From Marsupella aquatica (lineage: Eukaryota; Plantae; Marchantiophyta), in the NCBI GenBank assembly GCA_973895155.1, contig OZ316892.1:22483168-22547167 (forward strand): DNA of 64,000 nucleotides. Direction: 5' to 3'. The position numbers and the translations under genes were made by a program. The notes below the pieces were generated by a model. That model had not been told where the DNA came from, did not search any database, and was given only the letters and a program-made list of their open reading frames with translations. Of this stretch, positions 11,923-25,630 are shown one piece after another. Position 1 is the stretch's first letter. Each line of letters opens with the position of its first letter.

Positions 11923-14894
11923 AATAATACGATATGGACCTTATAATTATAGTACCCGATTGATAATAAACCTAAGTGAATAATTTTAGGTACAAAAAGC
12001 TAACTTCTTCATTTTTGAAATCCAACAAAGGGTAGATTTCACTTTCTTAATATGTAATGCTCTGATAAGATAACCATAACAATATGAAACAAGATTACAA
12101 AAGACTCATCTACCTACCAAGAGCATTGCTTTCTACAAATAAATTGCAAATTACAATTACTTATAGTTTTGTTAAGATTACATAAATCTATTGTGTTGAT
12201 TCAAATAAAAGCTCTAAGTGTTGTGGCAAATAATTAATATACTAATATTTGCACATCCATATATGATAATGCTACAAATTTTTAGCTAATCTGATAATTT
12301 ATTTGAAAATAAACACTATTATGATAAATATTACATAAGCAAAAATTAGATTTTAAAGTATAGATAGATTCCATGCTTGATTTAGCTTTATGAGTTAACA
12401 ACTTTAGCAATCACATTTATTCAACGAGGAACAAAGAGAGAAACAAACCTCTATTTCAAGCTTAGATGATAGCTTGGGTTTGTTTCTTAGTGATGCCAAA
12501 ATTTGTCTACAAACTCACACAAAATTGCTCATGTCAATTGAATGGACAAAATATCAAGTCACTTCACAAATAACAAATAAACACAAATTCTAGTCATAAA
12601 AAACATGCACTGATATAAACATTTACCTTGATGGTCGTCACCATGAGAAATCTTAAAAAAATATCTTGTATGCCACTTGAGTGTAGCTCTCCTAGGTAGG
12701 CCTTATTCAAACATATTCCTTGAATACACACCAAAAAAATCATAACTATAATGTCAAAACTCACTTGCACATTCAAGACTAATAAACTATTCTCAAAAAA
12801 TTAAACTATTCTATTATTATAAAATCTCTTCAAAAATAAGGCTATGACTTTCTATTGATTAGTAAAACATACATTTAAAATACAGAAATGAAATTAGTAT
12901 GTTTCTTCTCTCATGAAGGTGCCTGTATATAAAGTTACTCTCTTCCCAACATGATCATTATGATTCTACACTTATGGGTTTTTTCTTTGTTTCCATTTGC
13001 CATTAAAATTGATGAGAATTTTATTTTTGTCATTACTAGACAAATCATGATGAATAAATTACACTTTCCAAACAAAAAGTATACTTGTCTCCCCACAAAA
13101 CAATTAAAAAACTAATGCTATAAATAGTGTTTGAGTTTATGAATTTGTTTGTTAGTGATGTCAACTTTTATTATGCAAACTTCAAATACTTTTAAAAACA
13201 TCTCATAATTTTATAGACAAGTCCAATGCATAATTATCCATTGCACCAAAACATTGCAAGACAATGAAGTGTAGGTGATTGCCTAGCTCCTTGCCTCCAA
13301 GATAGTTTGTTGCTCACCCTTGTGATGAATAATTTGTCACTCGAACAAGCCAGGTGATTGCTACAGTGAGGAGTTGCAATGTGAATTACATAGAGAGGTG
13401 AAAAGAACATGAGAGAGGTGGAGACAAACAAAGGATGACAACATTAAGTAGCACACTAAAAGCTCCTTCCAAATTCTTGGCACTGTATTTGGACACATCA
13501 TAGAGTTTTGGCAGACTTGATAACCAGGAAAGACCAGAAAAGAGAATTAGTAAAACAAAAAATACAATATTACCAATGTGTTAAAAAAATTGAGTTGGAC
13601 CCACATACTAGTTTTTCCAAATTTCATTGGTTTGTTTTTACATCTTTTAGGGGTTGTATGCTAAAAGATTCCCCAAGGGTCACTCTGTTGTGTTTGGACT
13701 CTATGATGTGGTGGCCACTATTTTGCGTCTTCTTCAATCTTCTTCTTCTTCTTAATTTTAACTTTATTTCACGTGAACACCATGGATAGGAACCAGCAGG
13801 CCAAATGGCAGACACACCAAAAAGGCAATGGGGAATACAATCATATTAAAAGCTAGGCACTGAAAATCCAATTTTGGCAACAACAAAAAAATAATTCACA
13901 ATTATTCAACAATATTTTTAAAAAATTGTCTTAGACATATCTTGGGTAGTCAACTCCCCCTTTCTATAAGACAGATTTTTATAACTGGAATTTACTAGAA
14001 TACCACTCTTTTGTGGCTTAATATTTACTACCTTGCCACCCTTTTTCTTCTATTTATCAGAATGCCACTCTTTTCCATCACGGGTCAAGAAATGTTACTC
14101 GAGTTAACCCCTGAGAATCCTACCCCTCAGACTTCCTTCACGACCCGCATTGGATGGTTGATGCCCCGGTTGATGCTTCCCTCGCGGTTACTTCCTTCAA
14201 CCCTCAGTTTTCTCCACACAGGGGTGGATCGGCTGCCACCACTCTTTGCCCGGGCTCTTTGCATTTTGGTTTCCCTCCCCGACTGCCCTTTTACTCACTC
14301 TCACACCCCCAACTACTGTGCTTGACGCGATGACTGTGTCGCTGCTTCAAGCTACAGGCCCAACCATGCGGGCTCCCCGATTGTAGAAATCTTAAAATTC
14401 TTAAAATTCTTAAAATAATTAAACACAAATTGTAGCAAGTTTAGGAATTTTTGATAATGGTATGTGGAAAAGAAGAAAATAAATCTTATACATGACTCAG
14501 AACTTTTTCAAAGTGTACAACCCAGGTTATTTCAAATTGTATTCTTTTTAGCCAACCTTTTAGTCCATAATAAATGTAAACCCCTACCTAATATATATAC
14601 AAGAGTTGAGTGGGTGGGAGATATATAATAAAGAATACAAGGTTTTCTATTTTTTCATTTATATTTTTTTTACATTTATTTTGGGGGTTTTACACTAGGT
14701 GATTCCCAAGGGGCTTTGGCTTACTTAGTGGTAGACCAGCTGAGGAGAGGGAGGACTGCAGGTGCCGGGTTCATCTCATAATTGCACCCTTGACTGTTTT
14801 GACACAAATCTCACCCAAAAATGTGATTCATGCAAAGCTCTTAAATGACACTAAAAAAAACAATGGTTCAAACTCAATTTTGCAGGCAACTTGA

Positions 14895-15730
14895 CATAGC
14901 ATTAATACCCGCGTTGCACAAAAGATGTTGTTAAGAAAAAAGATGTCAGTATGTGAAAAATGTCATGAAGTACAAAGATGTCATTAAGAAAAAATTTAAT
15001 TAGTTTCGCCAAACATGTTGTTAAGTGAAAGATGTCGTGAAGTAAAAAGAGGTCATTTTGCCAAAGATGCCATTATGTGAAAGATGTAGTTAAAAAAATG
15101 TGTTGTTTGGCCAAAGATATTGTGAAGTAAAAGATGGTGTAAGAAAAAAGGTGTTGGTTCACGCACCCCAAGATGTTGTGAAGTAAAAAGTCTAGGAGGG
15201 AATGAGCAAGTCGACCAAGAGTCAGGGTTGTCGTGGCTTGATGCTGTCGACACAGCCTGCATCCAAGGGATGTCATGGTTTTTTTTGGTTGTATTCCTTT
15301 GTCTTTGTTATTCTCCTTCTCTTTTTTTGTTTTGTTTTGTTTTTTTAGCCCAAAATGCCAGTGCATCCAAATGACAACTACTCTATAAATTGATGCAACA
15401 TTATATTATAGGTTTCGGGTTTAGGGTTTAACAAAGATGACCATTCTATCATTGTTGTCCTTTCAATCCTTGTGCGTTGCATAAAAGATGTTGTTGGTTA
15501 AAGATATCATTATGCTAAAGATGTTGTTGAGAAATAGATCATGGTGCAAAAGATATCGTTGAATCATAAAAATTATTTGTTAGAATATATTACTGCACAA
15601 AAACTTTTGTTGAGTGAAAGATATCATTGTGCAATGTACGGGCTACAGGTAGCCACAAAATTTCCCTTTTTTTCTCCTGGCACAAAAAATATTCTTGAAT
15701 AAAAGATGTCATTGCACAAAAGACTGACCA
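14895..15730 (-). mobile_element. Degenerate non-autonomous Helitron-like remnants (two 3'-end-like motifs plus aaagatg-rich body)
   Basis: cccgcgttgcaca (14908) and ttgtgcgttgcata (~15470) match the 31728 motif; each is followed by many aaagatgt repeats, as at 31745-31965. Confidence 0.5.
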
Positions 15731-16267
15731 TGACCACCACAAAAGTATAACATTGAAATGAGATGTGTTTTAAAATTTTACCTCTTTTCTCTCCTGTTCC
15801 TTTTAAACCTTAATCCCCCCTTTTCCCAGGCCCCATTTTCACTACTTTTGGTCTTCTCTTTTCTCAATCACTCCACTCGCTTGCTGCCCCCACTTCCCCC
15901 TCCACTCCCATGCAAGGATGGAGCCCTTTGAGGGGCTGCCCTACAGTGCAAGTGTGTCCCTCGCCCAACACCTTGCCATCAACGCCCATGCCACGCTCTT
16001 TACTATGTCTTTGGGCCTTTTTTTCCTTGGCATTGGAAATGACAATACAAATCACTGTACAAATCACCACAAATGTTAGGAGAATAGTATTTTGATTGAT
16101 TAGTGTATGCAATACTCTATTGATACTATTTGCAATTAAACTCCTCCTACCAGTATTACACCAAACTGTGCTGCAACACAATATTGAATATGTAGAATAC
16201 GTATTTGCATGTGAATATACAGTACTTCCTTGCATGTATCATGGAAGGAGGATACTCCTTAATCCTC

Positions 16268-16342
16268 GTGCATTGTGTTAGAGTCTTTCTCTTTTGTGTT
16301 GTTGTGCATTGTGTTAGAGTCTTTCTCTTTTGTGTTGTTGTC
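16268..16342. repeat. 36-bp tandem duplication
   Basis: gtgcattgtgttagagtctttctcttttgtgttgtt occurs twice in tandem. Confidence 0.9.
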
Positions 16343-17849
16343 AAGTGTGATTATGGACAATGGTGCAACTTTTTGTGAGTCACACTCAACTAAATTCACA
16401 TTTTGGTTTCATTCCTTATCTATGACCAGATTTTTTTAATTTTTGTGCCCTGCAAATTTGAATGACAACCACAACATTTTTTGGCGCAACTTTGTATTAT
16501 AATTCTTGATTATACCCAACTTTTTAGTCCGTGTAAAAACATAGATCTATGCGCAAGCCTAAGTGTACTTATCTTGCTGAATTTTGTCTTGTTTGCTCTG
16601 CATTGTTGAATTGTAGCACAAGATTTTCACTATTCAAATATGATAATGACAGAGTAAAAAAAATACAAACTACATCATTCTTAGTCATTCTTAATTCAAA
16701 ACAACTAGCAATATTCTTACTGCTAGTACGTCCTTGTGATCAAGGCATGGAAACCCATTTTGACCCCGTCAAGCTTGCAATCCACCAAATCCACACATAG
16801 AAAGGAAAATCTCCATTGAAAGCAATTTGTTCATAAACATATATTGTGATTGTTAGCCAACGACAAACTAATTCAATAGGCTAGGAGTAAAAGCATCAAA
16901 CGATAGAAAATTTAGTCATTTAAAGGAGGAAAAAATGTCTTTTGTAAAAATAGTAAATAATTGAAGGAGAAATGAGGGGAAATTATGTAAATGAGAACAA
17001 AGAAAAAGACAATGACAAAAAATTAGTTATTCTTACCTATTAATATTAAATTAATAAAGAAAACAATGCAATGACACTCTAATACATGCAAGATTCAAGT
17101 AAAAACAAAGATTATATTCTATGTGCAAAGAGTGATATAACCCACAGAACTAATTCTTACCTATATTTAATGCTCGATTTTTCATTCTTGAAGTGAAGCT
17201 AGGTCCCGTAGTGCAAGCCAATTCACATACTTTGTTGTTGTTAAAAATATTAAGTTACAGTGAAAGTTACATCCAATTAGAGAAATGTTTATAGCTATTA
17301 TAGGGACCTGAGTGAAGTGACAAAAACCTCCAGAATATATGCTCAAATTGTAAATCTAAACAGCACTCTGTTCTTATGCATTTAGAAAGACTTAGTGCAC
17401 AAAACAGTGAAGCCACCAAAACATATTGCTCCTGAAGACAAACATAAACTATAATCCTTAGTTATGCACATTGAGGAGATGCACATTCAAAACAATGAGA
17501 AAAACTATTACATGTCACAATTTGAAAAATATGCCATGTCTTCAGATACCACTTTGTCAACATAAGCAAAAATCCAAACCTATCTATTTATACATCCTTG
17601 TCACAGTTGGCGCTACCTAAGACAGCCCCCAAGGGTACTTTGCGTGAATTGTGTTGTGCTGTTTCTATGTTTTGCTCAAAATAGAGATGATTGTGCACAA
17701 GTGCCCCAAAATTACATTCAATGATGACTAAAGATTGAGGAAAAACCTGGCAAATGTGCCTTAGTTAGGCCATGATCACAAAATTTGGATTCTTTGCTTA
17801 CAGTGACATTCAGGGCGCTATCCCAAGCACTATCCTTGATATATATGGC

Positions 17850-17854
<5 letters not shown>

Positions 17855-17886
<32 letters not shown>
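17855..17886. repeat. (TA)n microsatellite
   Basis: Direct reading. Confidence 0.95.
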
Positions 17887-17890
<4 letters not shown>

Positions 17891-18494
17891 CTATTCATGT
17901 CACATCGTGATGACTTATGGTAGAGAGGAAAGAACAACATTATGGCACAAAAGGAGATGAGAGGGGACAATTAATTACTTAGTTTGTTTTTCCTATAGAA
18001 ATTGTTTTTTTCTTCTTGTGAGAAGGGGTGGGCAGTGGTTTTAATGAAGAATCCATTGTTATAGGGCAAGTATAATGTGTTGTGGCTGCATGTGCTAATT
18101 TTTATTACTTTAGGAATTTATATGAAAATATACAAAAATACAAACCTGGGTTTCAGCTGCCTACCAGGCACTTGCATGAGCAAGGTAGATTCCCCAGGCC
18201 TTAAAAATTTAGAAAGTTCCTGGCTTCAAGGGTGGGGAACCAAGATAGCAAGCAAACAACAACAAATTAATTAAACCACACCATGCTGCCCCTAAAAAAC
18301 CCTCGTTCAGGCCTCTATCATAGCTGTTTAGTGGTGAACAATGTCTCACTGTAAAAGACGGAGCACTTGCTCCAGGTTTTCACTGTTGGACATGGTGTCT
18401 ACTTGTCGGACACGACAAATGACAACTTGTCTGCTCAAAAATGGGTCATTGGTTGGATATTCCTCTATATTCCCCGGCCGGGATGGGGGCCGGG

Positions 18495-18718
18495 ACTGAC
18501 CCCCCGACTGACCCCCCAACCCGACCCAACCAGACCAACACCCCAACCCCTTGACCGACCCCCTGACCCCCTACCCCCAACCCCCCTGACCCGACCCCCC
18601 CCCCCCGACCGACCCCTTCTGACCCTACCCCCCGACCCGACCTCCCGACCTCCCGACCCAACCCGACCAACACCCCGACCCCCCCACTGACCCCCCACTC
18701 GACCCGACCCGACCCCCT
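18495..18718. repeat. C-rich (CCGAC/CTGAC/CCAAC)n low-complexity tract; G-quadruplex-prone on the minus strand
   Basis: Dense runs of cccc separated by ga/tga/aa. Confidence 0.85.
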
Positions 18719-20443
18719 TTACCTGACTGGGATCGATCAGGGTGACATCTGTCGGATGTTGGACCCCAATGCCCCTATTTGTCGGACAAGTTCAAACCGC
18801 GCACTTGCTGCACTCACCACCTTTTGTGGAGCTCAAGCCCATTCGTGCATCTGTGCGTTTTATAATGAGAGCTAAGTGTAACCTGTAACTTTTTATAGGT
18901 GCCATTGTGGTTTACTGTGTACAGCCGTTAGTGCTCAACATTTGAAAGTTGAAAAAAAAGTATTTTTCAAAAGGATAGGAATGTTCTATTCAGAACACTG
19001 AAGTCCAATGAATTGATTGTGCAGCCAGCCAGAAAGTCTAGCGGCATGTCCCCACCAGCCCCCATCCCCCAAAGCACAGGCCAATTAAAGAGGAGTGGCC
19101 CAATGCCCAATTTTGTGTACGGTTATATATTACATATGGCCTTAAGGTGGGCCTTATAATAACTTACTTGAGGGCACAACTAGTAACTCTTCACCCAATC
19201 ATAATTGCAAATATAAGGTCACCTGCATAGACTAGTTTAATGCGTGAGGCAGATGAGACAGGTCCAGAGAAAATAAATGCAAGATATTGTATAAAAATGT
19301 ACTAAGATGCAGATTTTAGACCACCGAGGTGATCTAAGATTTAGATTTAATATTAAAAAAAAAACATGGCCACTTCAGCAAAAGGACTAGGAGGTGGCTA
19401 AGATTTGTATTGGTCTTGCCCAGGTTTTGCCATCTCGTATTGTGCCCCCAAGTTCATGTAAAGTGAAGGCTGGAAAGGTCTGTTCCCACATTGAATGACT
19501 GATAGAGAAAGAAAGAAAGAAAGAAAGAAAGCTTCCTGCATCCAAGCTCTTGTATTGCCTCCCTAGTGGGATGACAAGCTAGAATCCCTGAGAGTGGTTA
19601 GCTTGATGGGTTTACAACTCATAGGCCCCAAGAGGCCATAGATTATTGGGCTTAGCTCCTGAGGATATTTTTGCTCTATTTTCAGCAGACAGACAACTGC
19701 CGCGTGAGTCTCATAATCCCTCAGCAATGAGCAAAACTACAAACAAAGAATGCACTCAGGCAAAAAATATATCTAGGCAAGAATATGTCCGAGATTTATT
19801 CAAAGCCCTTAGCAAACAATTTGCCCAATAAAATTGAAGTAAACCCTTCAGACACACCAGCTATGAACTCAAGATGAATGCCTGAGTGGGTTTACACGCC
19901 TTCGCCCTCCTTTAAACCACAGCTGCACTCCCCTTCAAGAGCTATACATAGGATCCCAATTTCAGTATTCACGTACAGTCAATTCTTCGGGAAGTAGGGA
20001 AGCCCCATTAGAGTAAAAAAGTGAGTGGAATCTGTAAAAAGGGAGAAATCATGGACTGTTTATTGTTTCATCTCCTGGGACACTACCTTGTAAAGGCACG
20101 GACTGAAAGGTACAGTAGGTCTCCCGCTTACTCTAGTCCTCTACGAGTCTGTGGTCTACTGTAGATCAGTACTAGGTTCTCCAGAGGCGGCTTCGTTTTT
20201 GCCACGAAACATTCACTTGAATCGATTAAGAGAAACAGAACACAAGTCGACGGAAGCTCACAAAAGTGAGAGGAGGCGGCTGCTTGTTGTGAGGAATTGA
20301 GAATTAGGAAACTGAGTCTAGGAGTACTGTATGTAATTCATTCCTCAGTCAACGATCCCGTTCAGGATTCAATTCAAGATTCAATTCAAGCGGCAGCTAC
20401 TGTAGATGAGATTGGTCAGCAGCCCCACCCTCTCGGCTCGCAC

Positions 20444-20450
20444 TATAAAT
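20444..20450 (+). promoter_or_regulatory. Candidate TATA box for micropeptide gene A
   Basis: TATAAAT with a reverse CCAAT (attgg) at 20411 and a pyrimidine-rich leader downstream, ~430 nt before the ATG at 20873. Confidence 0.4.
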
Positions 20451-20872
20451 CTATGGAACGACCATCTGCTCAACGTACCTTTCAGTCATCGATCTCCAGT
20501 AGCTCTCTCAAAATCCAATCAGATTCTCAATCTCATATGATTCAAAATTCACACTCAGACAACTTACCACCTATCAGCTGACAAGCTTATATTCAACTCT
20601 CTGCCAAGGATAATTCGTCTCAGAGAGCGGAGAAGTAGACTGTCTACCAGGCTCGCAGAATCTTGTCAGTCTCTGTCTCAATTCACATCTGCTACAAGTT
20701 TGAATTAGCCTCGAGCTTGATTTGAATCGCTTAGAGGAGTTAGATTCGTCCCTCAACTGAGAAGATCCAGAAAACTGAAGTGCGCATTGACAGCTGACGT
20801 GACCAGTACTACTGTTCAATTGTCTACGGAGGCTTACATAGAATTATGGTTAACTCAGAAGTCGCGAGGGAA

Positions 20873-20947
20873 ATGGATCCCAACGATTTGTTCACAGATG
20901 ATGATTCTCCAGCGTGGCTCACGGCCTCACAAGGCGACGACTGTTGA
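20873..20947 (+). CDS. Putative 24-aa acidic micropeptide A: MDPNDLFTDDDSPAWLTASQGDDC
   Basis: ATG in good context (gaaATGG) to TGA; paralog at 29137-29217 is 18/24 identical with synonymous differences. Confidence 0.7.
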   Translation: MDPNDLFTDDDSPAWLTASQGDDC

Positions 20948-23699
20948 AGGCGAATTATGTGTTGTGCAGACAAATTTTCCTGTCATCACGTCTCGCGCGC
21001 CAACACATACATCTAGAATGCCGTCTGTTGTGCTGAATTCGGATGGAAGAGTTGGAGATTTTCAATGGAGGTTTGTAGGAGCGATGGGACGGAGGTGCCA
21101 TTCAAGATGTTGGGAAGCTCTAATTGTCCCGGGTGAAGATTTGGGGTGTCGACCGCTGAAGCGTTCAAAAATTCGACGCTGCATTTCGCCTACGACCTCA
21201 ATTAATGGCATGACTTCAGCAGTTACGGAATGGATCGATCATACAGAGGAATCATACTCACATTGAGGTGTAAATAGAATTTAGGTTTATATGCATGGGA
21301 GAGTCGTACTCACATTGAGTCAGTCTTACCTAACAGACACATTCATAAACATTTTGTGTGAAGAAAACCTCAATCAGATCATCATTATCACATTTTTGGC
21401 CCACTCCTAGGGTAGACTCATTAGGTTAAATTCCATTGCATCTCTAGAAGGACAATATGTACAGATTCTTTACATTTAAAATGATTTTGAGAAGCCCCAC
21501 CATTCTGAGGCTTCGATTACATTAACTACGTCTCAACATTGTAATTGGACACAGCACTTAAGTTTTAAATTTGAATCAGTTAGGATACTGGAATTGCAAC
21601 TTGTGTCACTTTGGGAGTTTTGCCTTGTCAATCTGTACAATGTCCATAACTAGACACAATCTGCAGAGTCTTGAACAGGATCTCAATGCCTCATTTCGGG
21701 AATGCACAATTTTGAGAAGCCCCACCATGAGAATCAACAGAGCCGGGCCGAATGAAAGGGGCCAAATCTGACTGACGTATCCGTTAGAACATTATGCAAA
21801 GGGAATTCGATTCAAGGCGATTGTCGCGAGGAGTCAGTAATCAACTCCTCAAGACTCCCATCGAAGAACAACGTCCTTAACCCTATCCTACGATGAGAGG
21901 TGCACCGGCAGTGCATCCGTCAGGGAAAAAGGAAATTTCTAGGCTGGCCCTAGGTGGAAGCGGGGGTGGGACCAGCCTAGCCGAGATACTTTTCCAGTTT
22001 TCCTGTACGTCGAGAGTGCAAGTCAGAAGATAGAATGGGCCCCATAAGCCGCCATTCTGTCAACATCTGCCGTGTCAGCAATCTTACGCCATTCAGTACG
22101 TAAATGAAGTTTGAGCATATGCCCACATTTTAGCAAATCAGTTCGAGTCATGCTATTGGTTCAATATAGAGAGAGACCGGTCTGGAAGGTCTTTCCAGAT
22201 TTGCCGACATCAAACTCACTGATGAGAGGTTTGTCGTTGGCAATATCTACACTGCATAATCAGCCTTTTGCTAATACCCAAAACTTTCTCAATTTGGATT
22301 CCTAAGCTGAGCCAAACGTGTCAAGTGGGGAAGTTAAGATCGGGTTTAAGACACTTTAAGGAGAGCACTAAACTTTTTTTTAAAGAAGGAGAGGAAATTT
22401 GGAGCATGCTGCTCATCTTATCTTACCCTAATGTTAGAGCATTTCCAACCCTTACCCAAAAGCTTTATGCTAGCTGGACCTTGACTCAACCCAGTAACTA
22501 AATTTCAAGAAGTCATATCCAATCCATTCATTGCAATGCTATCTGATTCGAAGCCATTGGGTTTAATTTTGTTACTGGACCTTTAGTGGAAGAAAATATA
22601 CACTTTTGAGTTCTTAGTTGTTGGGATTTCAAGATTGTAATTTACCTTTGCTGTGGAGCTGAGCTTTACTGTGAAAGGAAATAATCCAATGAGGGCGGAG
22701 TTTAATTGATTTATTACTGGTACCGAGCAAGCTTAAAAGGATGTTGTCAGATTGGGTGTAGCTGATTTCTAGTGTGAAGGAAATTAATCTGAGAAATGTG
22801 GAGGCCGAATTTATTTTGACCATAAACAAGCTAAAAAATGGTGTTGTGAGCAAGGGTGTGAGCCTGCGTATATATTCTTCACAATAACCAAACCGAACAA
22901 CATTCACATGGAGATGGAGATAAACAAAACTTTATGGTTTCAGCAATCTTCAGGGGACATTGCAATCCGTCAACTGGAGTCCATTTGCAAAGAAACAGTG
23001 GCTGGGCCCCATCAATGAGACAACACATTTTAAACTCTTCAAGAAACTGTTCACAACGATGACTGGTTTCGGACCTTTAATTTGATGGAGCGGACCCCAC
23101 AATCTCTTTGCAGACATAGCCCTATTATCCCGACCTATTATAGGCACTTCTGGTCTCTCCATTCTCGTTCAAGGGTCCCGCAGATATGGCCTGTCGAGTG
23201 GCTGTTTGACGTTGAATGTCTGGTGAAATTGCACGAGGCGTCAAAGACTACAGCTCAGCCCTGAGAAAATAATAAGCATCTTCCCTACGAAGTGTTGATG
23301 AGAACGAGAACGTACATAGTAAGTCACCAGTCAGGATCGAGAGAAGGCTAACGAATCCCTTGACGTTCCCCCCATCTCCCGTTTGTTCATGCATTGGTAA
23401 TTAGTCCGTTCAGAGTGATTCCGCGAATAGCGGCCAGGTCGACGGATCAGCTCGCAGCCAGCAATTGGTCCACTCATCTACAGTACCTGAATTTTTTGGT
23501 CATTGTCAAATTCTGTATGAAGACCCTTGACATGACGGCAAGAAGTTTCTCACGAACGGCGAATTCCCAGACATACCTGAAGACTCGGAGATTTTTCGTC
23601 AAGCGCTCATGCCCCTGCATCGTTGAATCTCAAGTTAGAGCGTCCTTTTCGAATTGATTTCAGATGAGAAGGACCCTGACGCAAATTGTTTACTGCGTA

Positions 23700-23844
23700 T
23701 GAACTCTAGGCAAAATCGCCGCTAACCCAGACGTATTATTCATGGAAGTTGTCTCAGAGGTTGACCTTGAACTCTAAGAAAAATCGCGGCTAACCCAGAT
23801 GTATTAATCATTGAAGTTGTCTCAGAGGTTGACCTTGAACTCTA
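23700..23844. repeat. ~68-bp tandem duplication
   Basis: tgaactcta...gctaacccaga.gtatta.tcat.gaagttgtctcagaggttgacct occurs twice. Confidence 0.85.
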
Positions 23845-25382
23845 GATGTCCAGCTAGCTAGAAATGAATAAAAGAAGGTCATAGTTTTAAGATAGACTAG
23901 AAATACTCATTTTATCCAAATTTCTCGAAGGAATCTAATTAGTTTTCACGGAGAAACATCATGATTCCTTGAACTGAGAAGATCCAAATGAGTCGCAGGC
24001 CAGTCCGCAAAACGCAATAAATCTAAGCTCAAATGACTCATGAATCAAATTTCAGGCGATTTTCAGAGCATCAATGAGGGCCGGAATCGCCAACAATCAT
24101 AATCGTCTCTCACAAGGGATCGCAACTTCAAATGCAACTTCACATTATCTCCTTCGACAGGCCAGCAGATCGGATTACTGTTTCGAAACCTGTAAGTTCT
24201 TTAGATCGGAATCAGCCCATCTTAAAGTAGACAAAGAGGAGATTCAGCTCTGAGTGCTGCAAGAATCGAGAATTCCCAATCAAAGAGGAATCTATTAAGT
24301 GGATAAACAAGAGGTTCAGTACTGCAAGAAACAGAGAATTTCACAATTAGGAAAGTCATCTGTGCAAATCATCTTTTGGAGCTCGCCAGTCCAGATCCTT
24401 TGGTGTAATATGAATTCTTTGTGGGAGATATCAAAATCCAGGAAGAGATAGGCCGCTCAATCTGAGACTCTTTCATTTGATTACGTAGTCTGTGGCAGAA
24501 AACTTCAATAGCAGAGTTTATCTTTGACATTTTGAAAAGAAGAATGATTTAATTGGATCCAGCTAAGTAGCAGTAGACAATATTCTGATTTCATCACGGT
24601 GTCCATTGAACCCACTCAGTGGCTGTGTCAATTGACCCACTTGATCACGTGATTACGTGGTCGTTGTGGAGATCTTCCGTACCGTTGATCTGAATAGTAA
24701 CGAGGATGGAAGGGTTGAAAGCCCTTCCTTAATTTGGTAAATGGAGAGACTCAGTTGCACGGCAAACTGATGTTTTGGGGGTTTCGCTTCGGCTTTCTCC
24801 ACACATAGAAAAAAAAACACATTAGAAGGGACGGGTATGACCAGCGATTCTTGTCATACATTTCTAGGTGGCAAGGTGACAAGTGTTCCCCTTGTGTCTA
24901 ACCAATTTCTTGGGAGTCGAATTGAGCCAATTTATGGGAATTAGAATTGGTGTCACCAGGTCTTAGTGCCTGTTTACATATTAAACGTAACCCCACAGCT
25001 CCACCCCACTAAATTTGTCTAAGATATAATCTGGGCCATTGGAAAAGCAAAAAGGAAAAAGTTCACTTTACATGGTCTGAGACCCATCGTGGTTTGATAA
25101 TTCCCAATCCTCAGCTTGGGTAGATATTGTCTGGCTTTTCAAAGTTGTCTGGGTTGTTTAAGTCACAATATACGAGGGCTCATGAGTCTAGCGCCCAAAA
25201 ACGAAGATCACCTCGTAGATGGGATTGGGGTTCAATTCATTCACTTTATTTGGAAAGCCAATGGGAAAACTTTTAGGCCAAAAGGATGGAACTAAAAAGT
25301 GGGGCTGAGGTCATGTCAAGTGGCCCTTAGATTCTGACACCCTCTTGTAGAGGACTGGTGGGTGTGTGCTTTTTGGCCAAGT

Positions 25383-25630
25383 GTGTCACACGGATCTCCT
25401 TTTGATGGAAAGTGTTCATCTCGTAAATTATAATTTATAGAGGAGAAAAGGGGAGATAAAGGACTGCTATGATGGAAGAAAGGGCTTCCGCTAAGTACAA
25501 TTGCCATATCGGGTGTCACACGGATCTCCTTCCGATGGAAAGTATTCATATCGTAAATTCTAATTTATAGAGGAGAAAAGGGGAGATAAAGGACTCTGCT
25601 ATGATGGAATAAGGGCTTCCACTAAGTAAA
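25383..25630. repeat. ~130-bp tandem duplication
   Basis: gtgtcacacggatctcctt...ttatagaggagaaaaggggagataaaggact...ctaagta at 25383 and 25513. Confidence 0.9.

Noticed and set aside
18367-18698. Pro-rich and Gly/Arg-rich ORFs
   Set aside because: Artefacts of the C-rich low-complexity tract.
20575-20680. Conserved land-plant miRNA (miR156/529/535-like) in the leader
   Set aside because: Only short complementary patches; no match to mature sequences I know.
20873-20947. Resemblance of P-AWL...GDD to Amanita MSDIN phallotoxin precursors (LP-AWLATCP-CVGDD)
   Set aside because: No MSDIN leader, no second Pro for prolyl-oligopeptidase cyclisation, different spacing and no modifying enzyme nearby; treated as coincidence unless a search shows otherwise.
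20787-21266. 159-aa ORF from the track
   Set aside because: Non-ATG start, no recognisable domain, and it overlaps the conserved micro-ORF in a different frame.
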